In this document: positions 19,654-27,742 of the stretch, in pieces | Position numbering within the stretch: the first letter of the stretch is position 1 | Layout: the number at the start of each line of letters is the position of its first letter | NCBI GenBank assembly: GCA_035495615.1 | Contig: DATJFP010000097.1 | Location: 4,495 to 68,494, forward strand | Direction of reading: 5' to 3' | DNA from: Verrucomicrobiia bacterium | Lineage (GTDB): Bacteria > Omnitrophota > Omnitrophia > Omnitrophales > Aquincolibacteriaceae | DNA length: 64,000 nt | Position numbers and translations under genes: made by a program | The notes under the pieces: model-generated | What the model was told of the DNA's origin: nothing | Databases searched by the model: none | Seen by the model: only the letters and a program-made list of their open reading frames with translations

Positions 19654-20748
19654 ATGGCTCCGCTACGCATGAAAAAAACAGACAAAGTGAAAGAATCGCA
19701 GCCTGCCAAGAAGATTTCCGCCAAGACCAAACCCGCCGCGCGTTTGCAGAAAAAACCCGAAGAAAAAAAACTTCCCGTCCGCCGCAATCTCGTCGCCGAA
19801 GCGCGCCTGAAGGCCGCGCTGCCGTCCAAGCCGCTCAGAACTCCGGCCAAGGCCGCTAAGGAAACGCTGACTTCCCCGGAAATTTTCGGGCCGGCCAAAT
19901 CCGCGCCTGATGCGGCCTCCGTGCGTGAAATTTTCAAGATGCCGGCGGAACTGCCGGCCAATTACGGCGATAACATGATTTACCTGCTCGTGCGCGACCC
20001 GTATTACCTTTACACGTATTGGGAAATCCAGAAGGACCATCAGGAGCGGACGCTCGCGAAACTCGGCGGCAATTGGGCGGACGTCCGGTCCATCCTGCGC
20101 ATTTATGACACGAGCGACAAAAAAAGCGCCGCGTCTTTTTTCGACATCGAACTCCAGAACATGGCCGTCAACTGGTTCATTAATGTAGAACCGGGCCGCA
20201 ATTATGTCGTAGAAATCGGACTGCTGCATAAAGACGGCCGGTTTCTGGCGCTGGCGCGATCGAACGAAGTCGCCACGCCGCGCGCGTCTGTCTCCGACGT
20301 GCTGGACGAAGAATGGATGGGCCTGGATTTTGAAAAGCTCTTTGCCCTGTCCGGCGGTTTCCACGCGGGCAGGAGCTCCTCCGAAGACGTCAAGGAATGG
20401 CTGCAGAAGCACATCCAGGCGGGCATTTCTTCGGGATCCGGCGGGAGCATCTCGAGCCTTTCCAGCCCGGTCAAAGGAAAGCAGCGCGGCTTCTGGTTCG
20501 TGCTGGATTGCGAAGTCATCGTCTACGGCGCCACCGAACCTGACGCCGCCGTGACGTTCCAGGGCCGTCCCGTGAAGCTGCGTCCGGACGGCACGTTCTC
20601 TTTCAGGTTTTCCCTCCCGGATGGAAAGTTCGTATTCGACGCGCGCGCGGTTTCGGCCGACGGCCTGGAAGAGCGCGTGATTACCCCCACCGTGCAAAGG
20701 ACCACGGACCGACCGGCCCCCGTCATCAAATCTGAAGAAAAGGTGTAA
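19654..20748 (+). CDS. DUF4912-domain protein with basic low-complexity N-terminus
   Basis: A Lys/Pro/Ala-rich N-terminal tail is followed by YLLVRDPYYLYTYWEI and the rest of a DUF4912-like domain. Lies directly upstream of a GH57 gene. Confidence 0.5.
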   Translation: MAPLRMKKTDKVKESQPAKKISAKTKPAARLQKKPEEKKLPVRRNLVAEARLKAALPSKPLRTPAKAAKETLTSPEIFGPAKSAPDAASVREIFKMPAELPANYGDNMIYLLVRDPYYLYTYWEIQKDHQERTLAKLGGNWADVRSILRIYDTSDKKSAASFFDIELQNMAVNWFINVEPGRNYVVEIGLLHKDGRFLALARSNEVATPRASVSDVLDEEWMGLDFEKLFALSGGFHAGRSSSEDVKEWLQKHIQAGISSGSGGSISSLSSPVKGKQRGFWFVLDCEVIVYGATEPDAAVTFQGRPVKLRPDGTFSFRFSLPDGKFVFDARAVSADGLEERVITPTVQRTTDRPAPVIKSEEKV

Positions 20749-20755
20749 GGTCGTC

Positions 20756-22339
20756 ATGGAAAAAGGGCTTTTGTCCATCATCTTGCATGCCCACTTGCCT
20801 TTCGTGCGGCATCCCGAGCACGAATATTTCCTGGAAGAAAATTGGTTTTACGAGGCGATCACCGAGACTTACGTCCCGCTGATCAACATGTTCGAAGGCC
20901 TGGAAAAAGACAGGGTGGCGTGCCGCATCACCATGTCGCTCACGCCAACACTGATTTCGATGCTGCGGGACGGCCTGCTCCAGGATCGTTACGTACGCCA
21001 CATCGACAAGCTGATCGAACTGGCCAACAAAGAGGTGGAACGCACCCGGTTCCAGCCGGAATTCAACGAAACCGCGCTTCATTATTATTGGCATTTTACG
21101 CAGGCGCGGGAGACTTTTGTGAACCGCTACGGCAGGGACCTCACCACCGCGTTCAAGAAATTCCAGGACGCGGGGCTGCTCGAAATCATTACCTGCTCGG
21201 CCACGCACGCGTTTCTCCCGCTCAATCACCGGACCGGCGCTTCGGTGCGCGCGCAGATTTCCACCGCGGTCCGGCAGTATGAAGACGTGATGGGGCGCAG
21301 GCCTGCCGGCATCTGGCTTCCCGAATGCGGCTATTATCCCGGCGTGGACTCGTTCCTCAAGGAAGAGGGCATCCGCTATTTCCTGGTCGACACGCACGGG
21401 CTTCTCTACGCGTCGCCGCGTCCCAAGTACGGCATTTTCGCGCCGGTCTATTGTCCGTCGGGCGTGGCGGCTTTCGGGCGCGACGTGGAATCTTCCAAGC
21501 AGGTCTGGTCCGCCATCGAAGGCTATCCCGGCGACGCGGACTACCGCGAATTTTACCGCGACATCGGCTTTGACCTCGACTACGACTACATCAAGCCCTA
21601 CATTTCTCCCGACGGTCTGCGGGTCAATACAGGCATCAAGTATTACCGCATCACGGGCTCGAACCACAAGCAGCCTTATGTCCGTTCGCGCGCCGTGGAA
21701 AAAGCCGCGAGTCATGCCGGCAATTTCATGTACAACCGCGAAAAGCAGGTGGAATACCTGTTCGAATTCCTCGGGCGCAAGCCGGTCATCGTGGCGCCCT
21801 ACGACGCGGAACTCTACGGCCACTGGTGGTATGAAGGCCCCGAGTTCCTGAACTTTCTCATCCGCAAAGTCGCGTTCGACCAGAAGACGGTACGCCTGGC
21901 CACGCCGTCGGACTACCTGAGGGAATATCCGGTCAACCAGGTTTCCACACCTTCCACGTCGAGCTGGGGGTACAAGGGTTACGCGGAAACGTGGCTGAAC
22001 GACACCAATGGCTGGATCTACAAGCATCTGCACAAGGCGGCGCTGCGGATGAGCGAATTGGCCAACCGCTTCAAGGATCAGGATCCGCTGAAGCAGCGGG
22101 CACTCAACCAGGCCGTGCGCGAACTCTTTCTCGCGCAGTCGAGCGATTGGGCTTTCATCATGCATACCGGCACCATGGTCCCGTACGCGGAAAAAAGGAC
22201 CAAGGACCACATCCTCAATTTCACCAAGATCTACGACGACCTGATGCAAAACCAGGTCAACGAAAGCTGGCTGGCGGAATTGGAAAGCAGGGACAACATT
22301 TTCCCCAAAGTGGATTATCACGTCTTCTGCGGGGAATAA
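20756..22339 (+). CDS. glycoside hydrolase family 57 protein (GH57 1,4-alpha-glucan branching-enzyme-like, DUF1957 C-terminus)
   Basis: The N-terminus SIILHAHLPFVRHPEHE…ENWFYEAITETYVPLI is characteristic of GH57 branching enzymes. 527 aa. Confidence 0.7.
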   Translation: MEKGLLSIILHAHLPFVRHPEHEYFLEENWFYEAITETYVPLINMFEGLEKDRVACRITMSLTPTLISMLRDGLLQDRYVRHIDKLIELANKEVERTRFQPEFNETALHYYWHFTQARETFVNRYGRDLTTAFKKFQDAGLLEIITCSATHAFLPLNHRTGASVRAQISTAVRQYEDVMGRRPAGIWLPECGYYPGVDSFLKEEGIRYFLVDTHGLLYASPRPKYGIFAPVYCPSGVAAFGRDVESSKQVWSAIEGYPGDADYREFYRDIGFDLDYDYIKPYISPDGLRVNTGIKYYRITGSNHKQPYVRSRAVEKAASHAGNFMYNREKQVEYLFEFLGRKPVIVAPYDAELYGHWWYEGPEFLNFLIRKVAFDQKTVRLATPSDYLREYPVNQVSTPSTSSWGYKGYAETWLNDTNGWIYKHLHKAALRMSELANRFKDQDPLKQRALNQAVRELFLAQSSDWAFIMHTGTMVPYAEKRTKDHILNFTKIYDDLMQNQVNESWLAELESRDNIFPKVDYHVFCGE

Positions 22340-22367
22340 CCCCCGTTCAAACCGAAAGGAGCACGAC

Positions 22368-22589
22368 ATGCGAGATGAATATAATGCCATCGGCGAAGCC
22401 GCCGGAAAAATCTACCGCGCCCTCGAACAGGGGGAACAGGCAGTTTCCAAACTGCAGAAAGCCTCCCAGGTCAGCGATGAAGCGCTTTTCAATCAGGCGC
22501 TCGGCTGGCTCGCGCGCGAAGAGAAAGTCACGTTCAAGGCCGGAAAGACGCCGAAAGTGGCGCTTTGTTCCGCCGGAGCGGTCCGCTAA
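22368..22589 (+). CDS. small hypothetical protein (possible winged-helix)
   Basis: 73 aa ORF between the two GH57 genes. An SD-like aaaggagc lies 8 nt upstream. No motif recognised with confidence. Confidence 0.3.
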   Translation: MRDEYNAIGEAAGKIYRALEQGEQAVSKLQKASQVSDEALFNQALGWLAREEKVTFKAGKTPKVALCSAGAVR

Positions 22590-22755
22590 TCCGCGGCAGG
22601 GGAGAGATTCCTGTTCGCGGGAATCTCTCCTTGTCCGTGTCCCCAAGCCCCCAACGGGCTCGAAGCAGTTTCTTTTTGCAATTCCAGCGTTCCTTCAGCA
22701 TAATCTTTCAGGGACGTCCCTTCACCGTTATATCCCAGGCATTTAGGAATCGTTC

Positions 22756-25254
22756 ATGACAAAACCGGTCTGCATTTGCTTTCACGGGCATTTTTACCAG
22801 CCCCCGCGCGAAAATGCCTGGATCGAAGACATCGAACGCCAGGAAAGCGCCGCCCCTTTCCACGACTGGAACGAGCGCATCTATTCCGAGTGCTACCTCC
22901 CCGGCGCGCGCGCCCGCGTCATCGGCCACGACGGCAAGATCGTGGACATCGTCAGCAATTACGAAAAAATGAGTTTCAACTTCGGGCCCACGCTCATGTC
23001 CTGGATCGAGATCAAGCATCCGGACACCTATCAGGCCATCCTCCAGGCCGACCGGCACAGCATGAAGATGCACCAGGGGCACGGCAACGCCATCGCTCAG
23101 GCTTACAATCACGTGATCCTGCCGCTCGCGAATGCGCGCGACAAAAAAACTCAGGTGCACTGGGGCCTGCGGGAATTCCGGCACCGTTTCGGGCGCGAGG
23201 CCGAGGCTATGTGGCTTCCGGAAACGGCCTGCAATGAAGAAACTCTGGAGGCGCTGGTGGAAGAGGGCGTGAAGTTCATCCTCCTCGAGCCGCATCAGGC
23301 CGAAGAAGTGAAGCCGCTTGCCGGCGGCGAATGGCGCGGCGTGGGTTCCGGACAGATCGACCCGCGCCATGCTTACCGCTGCTTCCTCAAGAAAGACCCG
23401 TCCAAGCACATCGACATTTTTTTCTACGACGGCCCGATTTCCAAGTCCATCGGTTTCGAAAGCGTGCTTGCCGACGCCAAGCACCTCATGCACCGCATCG
23501 AAGGCGCGATCGTGGACCACGGACACAAGCCGCAGCTCATCCATGTCGCGACCGACGGCGAAACTTACGGCCATCACAAGCCGTTCGGCGAGCGCAGCCT
23601 CGCGTACTTCCTTTATACGATGGCCCGGGAGAAGGGCTACCGCGTCGTCAATTACGGGGAATACCTCGAAGAGAACCCGCCCGCGTTCCAGGTGCGCATC
23701 AAAGCCGGCGAGAACGGCGAGGGCACGTCCTGGAGCTGCGCGCACGGGGTCAAGCGCTGGAAGGAGCATTGCGGGTGCCGCGGCGGCGGGCCGGGGGAAT
23801 GGACGCAGCATTGGCGCAAGCCTTTGCGCGACGCGCTCGACTGGCTGCGTGATGAGCTCGCAAAAGTTTTCGAGGCGCAGGGCGCGCCGTACCTCAAGGA
23901 CGTCTGGGAGGCGCGCGACGATTACATCCACGTGATCCTCGACCGCAAGCCGCCCGTCGTTAAGGCGTTCTTCACGCGGCATGCCACGCACGCGCTCGCG
24001 CGCAAGGACATGACCTTGTGCCTGCAGCTTTTGGAGATGCAGCGCCACGCCATGCTGATGTACACGAGCTGCGGCTGGTTTTTCACCGAGATCTCGGGCA
24101 TCGAGACCGTGCAGATCCTGCAGTACGCGGCCCGCGCCATGCAGCTTGCCCAGAGCGTCTCGGGCGTGAACCTGGAGCCGCAGTTCCTGGAAAAGCTCGC
24201 GCTCGCCAAAAGCAACGTCGAGGCTTACAAGGACGGCCGCGGCGTTTACGAGCAGCTGGTCAAGTCGAGCATCGCGACGCTCGAGCACATCGTAAGCTAT
24301 TACGCGATCGGGTCGATCTTCGAGGATTATTACCCGCACAAGGAAAACCTCGATATTTACAGCTTCAACCTGCAGGTGGTCCAGCAGCGCAAGGAATCGT
24401 CCGGGAACGTGACGCTCAACATCGGCCGCGTGAAGATCACCTCCAAGGTCACGCTCGACGAGAAAGACCTGATCTTCGTGGCCGTGCAGATCGGGCTTTA
24501 CGATTTCCGCTGCTCGGTCAAGGCGTTCGCGACCGACCGGGAACTGGAGAAGCTGGACCAGGAACTCTTCGACGAGCTGCACACGGGACACATCATCGAG
24601 CTGTTCAAGACGCTCGACCATTACTTCGGGGAAAAATATTTCGCGCTGAAAGACCTGCTGCTGGAAGACCGCCTCAGGATCATCACGCGGCTCACGCGCG
24701 AGCAGATCGAAAAGGTCAGCAAGTTTTACGAGCGGGTCTACGACGAAAACCGCAAGATCAACGAGATCTACCGCTCCATCAACCTGCCTATCCCTTCGGA
24801 ATTCCGTTACGCGGCCGAGCACGTGCTCGCCAAAAGGCTGATGGAGGTGCTCCAGCAGCTTTCCAAACAGGGATTCCCGATCCGCAGGATGACCGCGGCA
24901 AACCGCATCATCGACGCGGCCAAATCGCTGAATGTGGAAATCACCAAGGGGCAGATCACCGAGTACCTGAATGCCGAACTGCGGCGGACGATCCAGCGGT
25001 TCGTCCAGAAGCCGGGGACAGACCTCATCCAGGAATGCCTGTGCATCTACAAACTTTCCAAAAGGATCGGGATCGAACTCAACCCCATGGACGCCCAGGA
25101 CGATCTGTTTCAGCGGGTGCGGCATTGGCGGGAAAATCCCCAGGACATTCCGCCGGCCATCATGCCGTACGCCAATCAGTTTCTCCAGCTCATGGCGTCG
25201 CTGCATCTTTCGACCGCAGAATTGAAAAAACTGATGCAGAAATCGATGGCTTAA
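22756..25254 (+). CDS. GH57-family alpha-glucan-active enzyme with C-terminal DUF3536-like extension
   Basis: N-terminal CICFHGHFYQPPRE GH57 signature. 832 aa with a long helical C-terminal region. Confidence 0.65.
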   Translation: MTKPVCICFHGHFYQPPRENAWIEDIERQESAAPFHDWNERIYSECYLPGARARVIGHDGKIVDIVSNYEKMSFNFGPTLMSWIEIKHPDTYQAILQADRHSMKMHQGHGNAIAQAYNHVILPLANARDKKTQVHWGLREFRHRFGREAEAMWLPETACNEETLEALVEEGVKFILLEPHQAEEVKPLAGGEWRGVGSGQIDPRHAYRCFLKKDPSKHIDIFFYDGPISKSIGFESVLADAKHLMHRIEGAIVDHGHKPQLIHVATDGETYGHHKPFGERSLAYFLYTMAREKGYRVVNYGEYLEENPPAFQVRIKAGENGEGTSWSCAHGVKRWKEHCGCRGGGPGEWTQHWRKPLRDALDWLRDELAKVFEAQGAPYLKDVWEARDDYIHVILDRKPPVVKAFFTRHATHALARKDMTLCLQLLEMQRHAMLMYTSCGWFFTEISGIETVQILQYAARAMQLAQSVSGVNLEPQFLEKLALAKSNVEAYKDGRGVYEQLVKSSIATLEHIVSYYAIGSIFEDYYPHKENLDIYSFNLQVVQQRKESSGNVTLNIGRVKITSKVTLDEKDLIFVAVQIGLYDFRCSVKAFATDRELEKLDQELFDELHTGHIIELFKTLDHYFGEKYFALKDLLLEDRLRIITRLTREQIEKVSKFYERVYDENRKINEIYRSINLPIPSEFRYAAEHVLAKRLMEVLQQLSKQGFPIRRMTAANRIIDAAKSLNVEITKGQITEYLNAELRRTIQRFVQKPGTDLIQECLCIYKLSKRIGIELNPMDAQDDLFQRVRHWRENPQDIPPAIMPYANQFLQLMASLHLSTAELKKLMQKSMA

Positions 25255-25269
25255 CCCGGGAGACCGCCC

Positions 25270-26448
25270 ATGTGGGATACCCTCCGCCAGATCGGATTGG
25301 CGGGCCTTGTCGACATCGGCTTCATGTCGCTTATCCTCTACAGCGTCCTCGTCTGGATCAAGAGGACGCGGGCCGCTTTTGTCCTGACGGGCATTATCAT
25401 CATCTTCGGCGTTTACCTCCTGTCACGGCAATTCAACCTCGTCCTCACGTCCACGATCCTGGAAAATTTCTTCGCCATCATCCTGGTGGCGCTGGTCGTG
25501 ATCTTCCAGGAAGAACTGCGGCATTTTTTCGAGCGCGTCGCGGTCTTCAGCTTCAATCCGAGGCTCCGCTTCCAGGGACGCAACCAGCTCTCGCGCGAGG
25601 AAACCGAGATTCTCGTGCGCACGCTCATGGACCTGGCCAAAGAGCGCATCGGCGCGCTTGTCGTGCTCAAAGGCAGCGACATCCTGGCGCGGCACCTGGA
25701 AGGCGGCATACGCCTCGGCGGCGAGATCAGCGAGGCGCTTTTGAAAAGCATCTTCGATCCGCATTCCATCGGCCATGACGGCGCGGTCGTCGTCGAAAAA
25801 AAGAAGATCACGCAATTTTCGGTTTACCTGCCGCTGACCAAAAACCTCCGGAACCTCGGAAAGGGCGGGACGCGCCACGCCGCGGCGCTCGGCCTCAGCG
25901 AATTGTGCGACGCGATGTGCCTTGTCGTTTCGGAGGAGCGGGGCACAATCTCCATGGCCCGCCACGGCAACATCTCGGTCGTGCGCAACGCGGAAGAGCT
26001 TGCCGTCATCATCGAGCGCTTCTACCAGGAAACCGACCCGCGCAAAGAGCCGCGGCCCTGGCAGGATTTCTTCAAGCAGAACAGCCAGGAAAAGCTCGTG
26101 GCATTTCTCCTGGCCCTCGCTTTCTGGTTCGTCTTCGCCCACGGCTCCGAACCGTCCAGCCGTTCTCTCCAGATCCCGGTTTCCACGGAAAAACTGTCCT
26201 CGCCGTGGAGCGTCGAAGTCATGGAGCCCAAGGAAGTGGAGCTGACCTTCCGCGGGCCGCGCAAGGCCTTTTATTTCTGGGGCCACGGCAAAGTCAGGAT
26301 GTCCCTGGGCGTGCGCAAGGAAGAGGGCGTCCACAAGATCCGGCTGACCCCCCAGAATTTTTCTTTTCCCAAAGACCTCGTGCTCGAATCCATCAATCCC
26401 GATGAAGTGCGCCTCAACGTCGACAACACGCAGACGGGCAAGGGATGA
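25270..26448 (+). CDS. cdaA: diadenylate cyclase CdaA (c-di-AMP synthase) with extra C-terminal TM + YbbR-like domain
   Basis: Three N-terminal TM helices and a DAC domain with GTRHAAALGLSE (compare GTRHRAA) and the DGA.V motif. About 120 aa of additional C-terminus carry a fourth TM (LVAFLLALAFWFVFA) and a beta-rich region. Confidence 0.7.
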   Translation: MWDTLRQIGLAGLVDIGFMSLILYSVLVWIKRTRAAFVLTGIIIIFGVYLLSRQFNLVLTSTILENFFAIILVALVVIFQEELRHFFERVAVFSFNPRLRFQGRNQLSREETEILVRTLMDLAKERIGALVVLKGSDILARHLEGGIRLGGEISEALLKSIFDPHSIGHDGAVVVEKKKITQFSVYLPLTKNLRNLGKGGTRHAAALGLSELCDAMCLVVSEERGTISMARHGNISVVRNAEELAVIIERFYQETDPRKEPRPWQDFFKQNSQEKLVAFLLALAFWFVFAHGSEPSSRSLQIPVSTEKLSSPWSVEVMEPKEVELTFRGPRKAFYFWGHGKVRMSLGVRKEEGVHKIRLTPQNFSFPKDLVLESINPDEVRLNVDNTQTGKG

Positions 26449-26762
26449 TCAAAAAAGCGACGCCGAGGCCCGGTTATTTTTCAGGCCTTGCTTATCTAAT
26501 TCCCGGCCGCCCCCCCAGAGAAAAAGAAGTGAATTTATTTTCCGGAAAGCCGTCCTTTTAGAGGTTGGCAATGACTAGGCCCCGTGCTTTGGCAGGTTAT
26601 AAGACGCAGGAAGGCCGGGCGTAAACTCTTTGTAAATGACTGCGTATGCGGCTTTTGGGAAATTTTAAGGGCCAAAAATTCATTGCAATTTAAAGGAGCA
26701 ATGATCAGAATAGCGCTTCTATGAACACACTCTTCATCCCCCCCTCGCCTCGGAGGTTTTCC

Positions 26763-27374
26763 ATGAAAAAGATTTTTTCCATCGCCTTTTTTGTCCTCAT
26801 TCTGGGTTTGCCCGCGTCGTCGCAGGCCGCGACCTACAATCTGGATGCAGACCACACCACCATCAATTTCAAAGTCCATCACCTGATTTCGTGGGTGAAC
26901 GGCCAGTTCAAACAGTTTGAAGGCACATTCGATTACGAACCCGGCAAGCCGGAGACCTGGAAGGCGAAGGCCACGATCCAGGCCGCGAGCATCGATACCG
27001 GCGTGGCGCCGCGCGACAAACACCTGCGCAGTCCGGAGTTTTTTGACGTCGATCAATTTCCCACGCTCACATTCGAGAGCACCAAGGCCACGGCGGTCGA
27101 CGACAAGCACGCGAAGCTCGAGGGCAACCTCACAATTCACGGCGTGACCAAGCCGGTCGTGCTCGACGTTGAGATCCTGGGCGAAGTCAAAGATCCGTGG
27201 GGTAATCAGCTCGCGGGCTTCACCGCGACCACCACCATCAACCGCAAGGATTTCGGGCTGACCTGGAACAAGACCGTGGAAACCGGACAGCTCCTTGTGG
27301 GCGAAGACGTGCAGATCACGATCGAAGTTTCCGGCATGAAGGCAGGGGCCGAGCAGGCGCCGGCGGCATCATAA
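26763..27374 (+). CDS. YceI-family periplasmic protein
   Basis: Signal peptide MKKIFSIAFFVLILGLPASSQA, then DADHTTINFKVHHLISWVNGQF…LTIHGVTKPVVLDVE, typical of YceI-like lipid/polyisoprenoid-binding proteins. The ATG at 26763 is chosen over the track start at 26721. Confidence 0.7.
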   Translation: MKKIFSIAFFVLILGLPASSQAATYNLDADHTTINFKVHHLISWVNGQFKQFEGTFDYEPGKPETWKAKATIQAASIDTGVAPRDKHLRSPEFFDVDQFPTLTFESTKATAVDDKHAKLEGNLTIHGVTKPVVLDVEILGEVKDPWGNQLAGFTATTTINRKDFGLTWNKTVETGQLLVGEDVQITIEVSGMKAGAEQAPAAS

Positions 27375-27445
27375 GAAGAGCAGAGAAAAAGTCAGTGCAG
27401 CAACATCCGGGATTAAAGCCCCGGGTGAAGTCAACCAGCAGTACA

Positions 27446-27452
27446 AAGGAGG
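27446..27452 (+). promoter_or_regulatory. Shine-Dalgarno AAGGAGG 6 nt upstream of the precursor ATG
   Basis: A perfect AAGGAGG precedes the ATG at 27458. This supports the short 88-aa precursor over the longer ORF from 27395. Confidence 0.5.
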
Positions 27453-27457
27453 ATTCA

Positions 27458-27724
27458 ATGGAAAAGAACAAGAAGAAGGCTTTATTGGCTGCTTCCATGG
27501 CCGGTCTCATGGCCGTCGCGGGCGCTGTGATTCTGCCCGGACTCGCCCATGCGGAAGGCGTTCAGTGCCATGGCGTGAACAGCTGCAAAGGCACGGGCGA
27601 ATGCGGCGGCAAGGGTCATAGCTGCGCCGGTAAGAACGCCTGCAAGGGCCAGGGCTGGATCACGGCTGCCGATGACGCTGCCTGCACGGCTCAGGGCGGC
27701 ACGCTGAAAGAAGCGGCTGAATAA
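27458..27724 (+). CDS. Cys-rich secreted peptide, candidate bufferin-like RiPP precursor (DUF2282 / BUF_6/12Cys-like)
   Basis: 88 aa with signal peptide MEKNKKKALLAASMAGLMAVAGAVILPGLAHA. The core has six Cys in a regular C-x-G-x-N/G-x-C-K-G array (CHGVNSCKGTGECGGKGHSCAGKNACKGQGW…AAC). It sits immediately upstream of the DUF692 enzyme. Confidence 0.5.
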   Translation: MEKNKKKALLAASMAGLMAVAGAVILPGLAHAEGVQCHGVNSCKGTGECGGKGHSCAGKNACKGQGWITAADDAACTAQGGTLKEAAE

Positions 27725-27742
27725 TTAAACGCCGAGGTTGAC

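Noticed and set aside
20726-25206. Long minus-strand ORFs (554 aa and 832 aa) opposite the two GH57 genes
   Set aside because: These are shadow ORFs. The GH57 signatures HAHLPF… and CICFHGHFYQPPRE lie on the plus strand.
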